Shown: in pieces, positions 54,015 through 64,000 of the stretch
How the letters are laid out: each line of letters begins with the position of its first letter
Position numbering within the stretch: the first letter of the stretch is position 1
Source: Amoebidium appalachense
Lineage: Eukaryota; Protista; Ichthyosporea
NCBI GenBank assembly: GCA_963693365.1
Contig: CAVNZM010000003.1
Coordinates: 10,508,101-10,572,100, forward strand
Reading direction: 5' to 3'
DNA: 64,000 bases
Position numbers and translations under genes: made by a program
The notes under the pieces: model-generated
What the model was told of the DNA's origin: nothing
Seen by the model: the letters and a program-made list of their open reading frames with translations, nothing else
Databases searched by the model: none

Positions 54015-56440
54015 GTGGGTAGTTATTGAAAAAACCAATAATGTCTAGGTAACATACTATGTACATATACTATGCTACAAAGGGGGTTCTATACGAGCTA
54101 CAACGTTGTGTTTTTTTCGTGTGACCCTCGTACTCCAGGGGCACATTCACCATCCCCCCCATAAACTTTGTGGTAAAGTTCTCGTGCTAGAAGCTGTTCT
54201 GTGGGTAGTTATTGAAAAAACGAATAATGTCTAGGTAACACATGTACATATGCTATGCTACAAGGGGGGTTCTATTCGAGCTACAATGTTGTGTTTTTTT
54301 TGTGTGACCCTCGTACTCCAGGGGCACATTCACCATCCCCCCCATAAACTTTGTGGCAAATCTCTCGTGCTAGAGGCTGTTCTGTGGGTAGTTATTGAAA
54401 AACCAATAATGTCTAGGTAACGTATGTACATATACTATGCTACAAGGGGGGTTCTATACGAGCTACAACGTTGTGTTTTTTTCGTGTGACCCTTGTACTC
54501 CAGGGGTACATTCACCATCCCCCCCATAAACTTTGTGGTAAATGTCTCGTGCTAGAAGCTGTTCTGTGGGTAGTTATTGAAAAACCAATAATGTCTAGGT
54601 AACACATGAACATATACTATGCTACAAGGGGGTTCTATTCGAGCTACAATGTTGTGTTTTTTTCGTGTGACCCTCGTACTCCAGGGGCACATTATCCATC
54701 CCCCCCATAAACTTTGTGGTAAATTTCTCGTGCTAGAAGCTGTTCTGTGGGTAGTTATTGAAAAACAAATAATGTCTAGGTAACATACTATGTACATATA
54801 CTATGCTACAAGGGGGGTTCTATACGAGCTACAACGTTGTGTTTTTTTCGTGTGACCCTCGTACTCCAGGGGCACATTCACCATCCCCCCCATAAACTTT
54901 TTGGTAAATCTCTCGTGCTAGAGGCTGTTCTGTGGGTAGTTATTGAAAAACCAATAATGTCTAGGTAACATATGTACATATACTATGCTACAAGGGGGGT
55001 TCTATACGAGCTACAACGTTGTGTTTTTTTCGTGTGACCCTCGTACTCCAGGGGCACATTCACCATCCCCCCCATAAACTGTGTGGTAAATGTCTCGTGC
55101 TAGAAGCTGTTCTGTGGGTAGTTATCGAAAAAACCAATAATGTGTAAGTAACACATGTGCATATATTATGCTACAGGGGGGGTTCTATTCGAGCTACAAC
55201 GTTGTGTTTTTTTTGTGTGACCCTCGTACTCTAGGGGCACATTCACCATCCCCCCCATAAACTGTGTGGTAAATGTCTCGTGCTCGAAGCTGTTCTGTGG
55301 GTAGTTATTGAAAAAACCAATAATGTCTAGGTAACACATGTACATATACTATGCTACAAGGGGGGTTCGATACGAGCTACAACATTGTGGTTTTTTCGTG
55401 TGCCCCTCGTACTCCAGGGGCACATTCACCATCCCCCCCCATAAACGTTTTGGTATATTTCTCGTGCTAGAGGCTGTTCTGTGGGTAGTTATTGAAAAAC
55501 CCAAAAATGTCTAGGTAACACATGGACATATACTATGCTACAAAGGGGGTTCTATACGAGCTACAACGTTGTGTTTTTTTCGTGTGACCCTCGTACTCCA
55601 AGGGCACATTCACCATCCCCCCCATAAACTGTGTGGTAAATGTCTCGTGCTAGAAGCTGTTCTGTGGGTAGTTATCGAAAAAACCAATAATGTGTAAGTA
55701 ACACATGTACATATATTATCAGCTACAAGGGGGGTTCTATTCGAGCTACAACGTTGTGTTTTTTTTGTGTGACCCTCGTACTCCAGGGGCACATTCACCA
55801 TCCCCCCCATAAACTGTGTGGTAAATGTCTCGTGCTAGAAGCTGTTCTGTGGGTAGTTATTGAAAAAACCAATAATGTCTAGGTAACACATATACATATA
55901 TTATGCTACAAGGGGGGTTCTATTCGAGCTACAACGTTGTGTTTTTTTCGTGTGACCCTCGTACTCCAGGGGCACATTCACTATCCCCCCCATAAACTTT
56001 GTGGTAAATTTCTCGTGCGAGAGGCTGTTCTGTGGGTAGTTATTGAAAAAACCAATAATGTGTAAGTAACACATGTACAAATATTATGCTACAAGGGGGG
56101 TTCTATTCGAGCTACAACGTTGTGTTTTTTTCGTGTGACCCTCGTACTCCAGGGGCACATTCACCATCCCCCCCATAAACTGTGTGGTAAATGTCTCGTG
56201 CTAGAAGCTGTTCTGTGGGTAGTTATTGAAAAAACCAATAATGTGTAAGTAACACATGTACATATACTATGCTACAAGGGGGGTTCTATTCGAGCTACAA
56301 CGTTGTGTTTTTTTCGTGTGGCCCTCGTACTCCAAGGGCACATTCACCATCTCCCCTTATAATTTGTGGTGAATTTATCGTGCTAGAAGCTACTCTGTGG
56401 GTAGTTAGTGAAAAAACCCGATGCTTATAAGTAACGCATG
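54015..56440. repeat. ~183-bp tandem satellite array, about 13 copies
   Basis: GTGGGTAGTT recurs 14 times from ~54015 to ~56397 at 180-186 bp spacing, and whole units are conserved. Confidence 0.97.
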
Positions 56441-57069
56441 CACAAATTGTCATCATAGCATTACACTACCATAGTAGTTGGTCGACAATAACGATATATT
56501 GGGAATGTGGACACCATATTGTAAACCAAAAAATAATAACACCATAATATACTACACATACCTAACAATGTATTGTGAATGAATAAAATACTTGCTTACG
56601 TGCTGGTAACATACGAGAAACAAGGATTCTCTCGCTCTTTTTTTCTTTCTTTTTTGTTTGTTTTTGTGTTTGTGTGTGTGTGTGTGCGTGTGTGTGTGTG
56701 TGTGTTTAAGGGGGGGGGGGGGGGGGGGGGGGGGGGGGTCGTTTTGCAGATATATCGACTAGAGTCCCTCATCAGGGGACACATTCACAGTACTTTATTA
56801 AGATCGGCCTTCAAGGCCAAAAAAGCTCGATCTCGAGTAAGATTAGATAGCATTTTATGAGGCCGGCCAGGCCTTAAATACAAAAAGGAGAAAAAACAAC
56901 ACACAGCTAAACATAGATCTAATATTAGCTAAATCAATCGACACACTGGTACATTGCCTGGAGTAAACCGCATCTATCCCACTGGTACATGTACTGTCAT
57001 CATCCAACCAACACCCGTGTAGTACCTTTGTCAAGCGTTCCTACGATACTACATAAGAGAAGAGAGGGT

Positions 57070-57315
57070 TATATGTGTACGTGTGTACGTGTGTACGTGT
57101 GTGTGTATGTGTGTATGTGTGAGGGAGGGAGGGAGGGAGGGTTGGGAGGGAGGGAGGGAGGGAGGGGGGAGGGAGGGGGGAGGGAGGGAGAGAAAGAGAG
57201 AAAGAGAGAGAGTGTGCATGTCTGTATGTGTGTGTGTGTGTGTGTGTGTTTGCGTGTGTGTGTGAGTGCATATGTGAGTGTGCATGTGCATGTGCATGTG
57301 CATGTGCATGTGTGT

Positions 57316-57358
<43 letters not shown>

Positions 57359-57832
57359 GGGGGGGAGGGAGGGAGGGAGGGAGGGAGGGAGGGAGGGAGG
57401 GAGGGAGGGAGGGAGGGACGGAGGGAGGGAGGGAGGGATGGTTGGGAGGGAGGGAGGGAGGGGGGAGGGAGGGAGGGAGGGAGGGAGAGAAAGAGAGAGA
57501 GACTGTGTGTGTGTGTGCATATCTGTATGTGTGTGTGTATGTGCGTGTTTGCGTGTGTGCGTGTGTGCATGTGTGAGTGTACATGTGCATGTGTGTGTGT
57601 CTGTGTGTGCATATGTGCATGTGTGTGTGTGTGTGTGTGTATGCGTGTCTGTGTCTGATGTGTGGATGTCTGTGTATGTTGTGTGTGTGTGTATGTCTGT
57701 GTGTGTGTATGTGCTCAGTTGAAAGGGAAGGGGGGGAGAGGGGGGATGCACCGTGTGTGTGCATGTGTGCACGTGTGTGTGTGTGTGCTCTGTGGAGAGG
57801 GAAGGGGAGGGGGGAAATGCACCGTGTGTGTG

Positions 57833-57892
<60 letters not shown>

Positions 57893-58035
57893 TTGTGTGT
57901 TTGTCTGTGTGTGCATGTCTGTGTGCGTCGTGTGTGGTGTGTGTGTGTATGTGCATGTCTGTGCATGTGTGCATGTGCTCGGTGGAGAGGGAAGGGCAAG
58001 GGGGGGATTCGTGTCCGTGCATGTGTGCATGTGTG

Positions 58036-58082
<47 letters not shown>

Positions 58083-58317
58083 ATGTATGTGTGTGTGTAT
58101 GTGCTCAGTTGAGAGGGAAGGGGGGGGGGGGGGATGCACCGTGTGTGTGCATGTGTGCACGTGTGTGTGTGTGTGTGCTCTGTGGAGAGGGAAGGGGAGG
58201 GGGAGGAAATGCACCGTGTGTGTGCATATGTGTGTGTGTCTCTCTGTATGTGTGTGTGTGTGTGTTGTGTGTTTGTGTGTGTGAGCATGTCTGTGTACGT
58301 CGTGTGTGTGTGGTGTG

Positions 58318-58380
<63 letters not shown>

Positions 58381-58521
58381 GGTGTGTGTGTGTGTCCCGG
58401 TGTGCATGTGCGTGCGTGTGTGTGAGTGCATGTTTTTGGAGTGCATGTTTTTGCATTGTGTGCGAGCATGTGGATGCCTTGGTGAGAACAAGATTGGACG
58501 GTGTCGAATGCTGTGTGTGTT

Positions 58522-58557
<36 letters not shown>

Positions 58558-58570
58558 CTGTGTGCGTGTG
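57070..58570. repeat. Compound TG/GGGA-rich simple-repeat region with internal duplications
   Basis: (TG)n and (GGGA)n tracts; the block GTGCTCAGTTGA...GGATGCACCGTG is duplicated at ~57710 and ~58100. Confidence 0.9.
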
Positions 58571-58963
58571 TGTTTTTTTGGGGGGAGAGGGGTAGTAGGA
58601 GGACAAGAGGGGGGGGGGGGGGGGGGTGGTAAAGAGTACGAGAGAAAGGGGTAGAATTTCAGACATGTGGAGGCTTGAGCAAAAGCAGGTTAAGTCCATA
58701 ATGGGTAAAACCGGCGCTGGAACGAGAGGGGAAGGGGGGGGGGGGGGGGGGAGGGGGGGGGGGGGGGGGTGATGATGTGTGCATTCGAGGGTGGCAGCCA
58801 AAGAAGCAAAGCATCGCAAAGGACATTGGAATAGAGGGACACAGGACCAAAACAGGATCAATGGGAGAAGAGGGAAAAAAATTAATAGTTATCGGGGAGG
58901 GATAAGAAGAAATACTGCAAGTAATCGAGGCGAACAGGTATGGGGGGAACCGGGCAGGAAGAA

Positions 58964-58994
<31 letters not shown>

Positions 58995-59306
58995 GAAGGA
59001 CGAGAGGGTGGGTCACAAGACAGAGATTATTCAGTACAGACTAAGGCTTCAGTCGGGAAGGGAGGGGGGGGGGGAGGGAGGGGGGAGGGGAGAGGAGGGG
59101 GTGGGGGGGGGGTCATAAAAGGACAAGGAAAGGAGGTGACTTCAGCAACCAGTCGAGGCTTGAACAAGAGTAGGTGAAGTTTGTAACGGTTAGCAAAACT
59201 GGTGCTAGAACGAGAGAGGAAACACACAGTGAAACGTAAAAGAGGGTAGAGAGTTGAGAGGAAGAAGGGGAAGTTTGTGTGTGTGCGTGTATGCATGGGT
59301 GGGTGG

Positions 59307-59419
<113 letters not shown>

Positions 59420-59700
59420 TGGTTACACTGGCAGCGTCCGTGGTGATGGGTTTGGGGGGGAAGGGGGTGAGGGGAGTGAGGGATGTTTCGAAGAAAGAAA
59501 AGTATTGCAAGTAACAAGGGGGCATAAAGACATAGGACTAAAACAAAATGGAGGGGGAGGAGGGGGGGGATGCTGTAAACTTTGATGCGTCTCGGGGACG
59601 TGTGTAGGGACTGCGAGTTCTCTTAGATTTGCATTTCAGAATTTTTACTCTATTCCTCCAGGTTTTTTTTATATTTTTTTTAGGGTTGGGTTGGGTTGGG

Positions 59701-59744
<44 letters not shown>

Positions 59745-61185
59745 GTCATTACTTTCCTGTATTATCCTTTATGCTACTTCAAGTTTTATACCCTACCGCT
59801 TACACAGGATGTAGGCTGGTGAAAGGTTTAATGGTAGGACGTTCGGTGACGTTTGTACCACGGACCACGGGAACATCTTCCCCAGGAACAGTATTCAAAA
59901 CAAAGAACTTTTATATTTTGAGGTGCTAAAAACGTGAGGACCACTTGTTATGGCCGTTGCCCTTCTCAATCTTGGTACGGAAATGCACCCATATTATACT
60001 GCAAATGTATTGTATTTGACGTGTGTATATCGTACAGGTACTGGTAGTATATTGATAGTACCTCCTACGTAATGATTTGTTCGCATTCGAACATACTGGC
60101 AGTATATACTGAGACTATAACCAATATATGGTGTCCTTAGCTGTGTCCGTATTGGTGACAGTATTATAGATGTATTCGTGACATTGCCAAGACCACTTGT
60201 GCCTTAGATATTCGCAATAGGATAAAAGTTTTCTTGCTATATCATGTTTATGTCCTACTAATATGGATGTGATATGGGTAGGATATGATCTACATAATGT
60301 CAGTATATGTCCACCCTAATACCACGGTATTAGCAATGTACTGCGCATACAAGGACTACACTCCGAACATGTTTGTTGAACATGTGTTGGCAATACATTC
60401 ACAATATTGCAACTACATAGGTAAAGTGACCTGTTCTTTCATCCCCAATATTGTACCAATATATTGGCAATAAAATACACGCCCCATATTTTCGGTTGCT
60501 TTTACCTATTGATAATAGGTGCATAATAGTCTTGATATTGTGACGGATACATTGGCAAATTACATTTGGACCGTATTGAGACCCTATTATAAGCATATCA
60601 CAACCCTATAACCAATAGCGACGTTATGTTTGTATCGGCCATATGGGACATATGTGTTGGGTATATTGCCAATAACCCAAAATGGTCAGGAATAATACAT
60701 TCATAATATATTGGCAATAGTCTTGCCACGTTGGACAATACCATAATTTGACACAAAATTATCCTACATTTTATATATTCATAACTTATTGACAATACTC
60801 CGCAAGCAATAGTATAATACCGAATAAATACATTGACAATATCGAAATTGTATTGTTAATAGGCACACGTACACGCGTTTTGAGATATTGCCAGTACATT
60901 ACTCATACGGTATATAGTTATTGGTGGTAGACCCGGCATGGTATGACAATAATATCAAAATATGTTGCCGATATTACGTCAATATTACAGTTCTATTACA
61001 CTTCTATAGCGTCTCTACCACAGAAAATCTCTACTCGCAATACATTGGCAATGGATAATTGATATTACTTCAGTATTAATCTGGTATTTTTACGATATTG
61101 GCAATAGATAATAGCCTCACAATATTGGCAATACCGCCGGGAAGTTTGCTGATGCACTTCCGAGAGCCCACCCCCGACACACCAC

Positions 61186-62463
61186 TCATCGATCCCTGAC
61201 GGGGTTAGGGCCCTCGCCCTTCCCCATCTTTCCCTCCTTCTCCTTTCCCTTTTTCCCCTTCTCGATCTGCGCAAACAGCTTAACCGTCGTAGCCTCACGC
61301 GCCAACAGCGCGTTTGCACGGACCAGCGTGGCGCTCGATGTGCTCTTGCCTACCGAGGGGCAGTAGCTGAGGCTGTAGCCGGGCACGTTCACATAGGCGT
61401 CCAAATCCATGACCCGGCGGAGGAGGCGCTCCGTTGCATCAAGGAAGAGGAACTTGGGCCCACACTGTTTGATGCCCACATCGATTGCATCAAGGATGAC
61501 AGAAGCCTCATACCACGCAAATGCTTTCTGGGACCCTGTGGCCCTTACCTTCGCAAACGTGCCAACCGCAAATGTGGTGACCAAGTCGCGCCCGGTAGAG
61601 TAGTCGCCGTAGGAGATATTGTCGTTGATGAAGTTGTGGCCCAGATAACCTTCCTCCGAGAACGAACCTGCAATTCTTCCCAAATCCGCCGGTTTCACTG
61701 CGAATTGCAAAGTTTCCTGCACTGGCTCTGGGGGCACCACACGAGCCGTCTTGGCAATCTTAACCGTTTTGCTGTCTTGGAAGTACACCCCTGCCGCCGC
61801 CATCCATGAATTGAAAGGGTCCGTTATCCACTCCTCTGGAATAGACTCACTCAACTGCTGCTTAGCTGGAGCGGGCTTAGGGCGAAGACGAAGGGACTCA
61901 ACCGTGGCTCTGCCCTGCTTGGCACCGTCGTTTTGCGAGTCCTCGGCCAAGAAGCCCCCCAAAAACGCCTGCTGGTGCCCCCACTCACCCCTGCCTGCCG
62001 TGCCCGTGTCGTCTCCACTCTCTTTAGGCTGCTTGGTTGTGCCGGGAATATCTTGACTGGGCTGGTAGGCATGCACAAACCGATAGGGCGATGGTTGCTG
62101 GTTGGTGACGACAACCTTCTGAGCGATATAAGCCAACAGCTCCCAACCCTCGTCTCTCTGCCCCTCCAAACTGCCGAGGTCAAATTTACACAGCTCGAGC
62201 ACGTGGCACAGATAGTCCACCTGCTCCTTGGTGGGAGGATCGGACACGTCTCCCTCCTGGGCAACTACCCTGTCCAGCAACGCTGCTAGCAGCCTACGAA
62301 AGACCAACCACCGAGAGGAGGATGGGCTGCGAATATACGCCACGCCCCGCTCAATCACTATCACCACTGCTGTCGACCACGAGGCCGTGTTCACCTGGCT
62401 GTCAAGAAACCCCTCTGCTTGCCTCTCCAGAATGCGACTTTCCTCTGCGTTTCCGGCTGCCAT
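61186..62463 (-). CDS. Gag-like ORF1 of the DIRS-like element
   Basis: Long non-repetitive ORF (ATG at 62463, MAAGNAEE...) upstream of pol on the same strand, with a basic C-terminus. Its TGA overlaps the pol ATG (ATGA at 61189-61186). Assignment is positional. Confidence 0.75.
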   Translation of the reverse strand: MAAGNAEESRILERQAEGFLDSQVNTASWSTAVVIVIERGVAYIRSPSSSRWLVFRRLLAALLDRVVAQEGDVSDPPTKEQVDYLCHVLELCKFDLGSLEGQRDEGWELLAYIAQKVVVTNQQPSPYRFVHAYQPSQDIPGTTKQPKESGDDTGTAGRGEWGHQQAFLGGFLAEDSQNDGAKQGRATVESLRLRPKPAPAKQQLSESIPEEWITDPFNSWMAAAGVYFQDSKTVKIAKTARVVPPEPVQETLQFAVKPADLGRIAGSFSEEGYLGHNFINDNISYGDYSTGRDLVTTFAVGTFAKVRATGSQKAFAWYEASVILDAIDVGIKQCGPKFLFLDATERLLRRVMDLDAYVNVPGYSLSYCPSVGKSTSSATLVRANALLAREATTVKLFAQIEKGKKGKEKEGKMGKGEGPNPVRDR

Positions 62464-63579
62464 GATTGCGAAAAGAAGCAAGAGAAAGCAAGAGCAAACC
62501 GTAAGGCACCAACTAATCAGACTGAGGTCTCAGCTTCTGCCCCTTTACACAAGGTGCCACCAAACCAAGAAAACACCCAAACAGCCTAATTATTACCTTA
62601 TCACGTTGCTCCCTCCCCTTTTTTCTTTTCACCTACACACTAGCTCTAAAAACAAGAACTGAACGAACGACGCCCACAGCTTGTAGAGCTGGTGCGCGGC
62701 TCACTCACATTTTTGGAACAGTGGAAAAGCCACCAATCATATCACCTATCTACTGATAACTACGGATCACTTCATAACTATACCTGATCTATATCCAATC
62801 ACTAAAGATACATACGACTGAGCTTAACATTCTACCCGTTAGGGCCAATCAGCTTGCACCGCTATGTAGCCGTTACCGCCGACTGACCGAACACGTGTCA
62901 TCTCTCACCGCTGCCTCCTCCCGCTCGAGAACAACAAACCGTATCGCCCTTTGGCCAATCGTAACGGACAATTTCTTAATCGTGACGGGTGGGTTCTTGG
63001 GGAGCTGCAAGCCCCGCCTAAAACGTCCCCCCAGTCGCAAAACTCACAATACGTGTTTTTACAAATTGAGTACCGCAAGATTACAGGCCCTGAAAACTGA
63101 TCGGGGCTCGATATTGCACATGAGAAGCGCTGTAGATATGTTCTTGGGGGGGAATGTGCTGTTCTTGAACAGAAATATTGAAAAAAATAGGGAAACTTAC
63201 ATATTCAAGCGTTTCTAATGCTACACACCTGATACGAAAGCTGTTACGACGGTACCCTGACCTTATTCGTATCGGGGTCTCTCGTTAATCACAATTGCGA
63301 CGATTTTTTTTCGTAATCCCTACCCTGGACGAAAGACACATTCAATGACGGAAGATGACGACCAAACATTCCAACGGAGATCAAGCGTGGCGTATATAAC
63401 TCAACCGCTTTGTGTGATCAGTCAGAACTCAGCTTTTGCCACCGGAAGCATTGCGAATTTTGAAGGCGTAAAAATTATAGAAGTCCAAAAAAATCAACAT
63501 AGTCGCCACTTTATATACCTTTCTTCACATCATATCCGGATCCCTATCCGGATCCGGTTCTCTTCAAAAGCTTTCCAAA

Positions 63580-64000
63580 ATGGTGGTACCTGTTCGTCTG
63601 ATTGTCTGATCATCTGATTGTTCGTCTGATTGTTCGCGTCTGCAAGCGTGTCGTCCACATGGCCAAAGGTGCTGTAGGCAGCGCGTCCTCGCATGGAAAA
63701 GCCACATCTTCCCAAAAGGTTCATAGTGATAAATACAACCAGCAAGAAAATAGGCAGGAAGTTAGCCCTGCGGAGGCATCCAAAAAAGATGATATAATTT
63801 TGCAGAGTCCAACTCTTCGACACCGAGAGGGCCTATTGAGGCCACAAAGAGACCACCACAGTCTGTTTCCAACAGTGAAAGTGAAACAGCGAGAGAAAGC
63901 TATGCTCCTAGAAGTTCACCAAAAATTCCCGTTTACCGGAAAAGAGCTCGTGCTCAGGTCGCCGCTGGAGCAAGGCCTTGCCGAGCAGCACGAGGTGATA
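63580..64000 (+). pseudogene. Disrupted paralog of the 40101 hypothetical gene
   Basis: ATGGTGGTACCTGTTCGTCTGATTGT is followed by a micro-duplication that creates TGA; later CCCGTTTACCGGAAAAGA.CTCGTGCTCAG is shared with ~40428-40457. Confidence 0.7.

Noticed and set aside
54015-56440. CRISPR-like array
   Set aside because: Entire 183-bp units are conserved, with no unique spacers and no cas genes; this is a satellite.

Overview
Repeat-dense eukaryotic genomic DNA with microsatellite- and homopolymer-laden introns and intergenic DNA; the taxon cannot be assigned from sequence, and most ORF-track entries are simple-repeat artefacts. Real content from left to right: (1) a minus-strand Copia-type LTR end and the last exon of a bacterial-style beta-class amino (N4C/N6A) DNA methyltransferase-like gene; (2) a decayed LINE RT; (3) a ~260-nt segment that folds into an unusually rich nested RNA structure; (4) a tandem array of a ~6.5-7 kb unit carrying a three-AP2-domain gene, one copy knocked out by a young full-length Ty1/Copia element (16189-22913, TSD CCAAC); (5) a truncated Copia relative and a non-autonomous Copia partner (41990-45228, TSD CTCCC); (6) a duplicated head-to-head gene pair that includes a 25-29 aa Arg-rich amphipathic micropeptide whose first 20 codons differ only synonymously; (7) a 16.4-kb nested insertion (46961-63327). 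This last is a gag/RT-RNaseH/tyrosine-recombinase (DIRS-like) retroelement with no visible LTRs, bounded by 10-bp inverted arms and an 8-bp direct repeat that would form a loxP/att-like circle junction. It is split by a 10.4-kb CACTA-like TIR element carrying 160-bp and ~183-bp tandem arrays.
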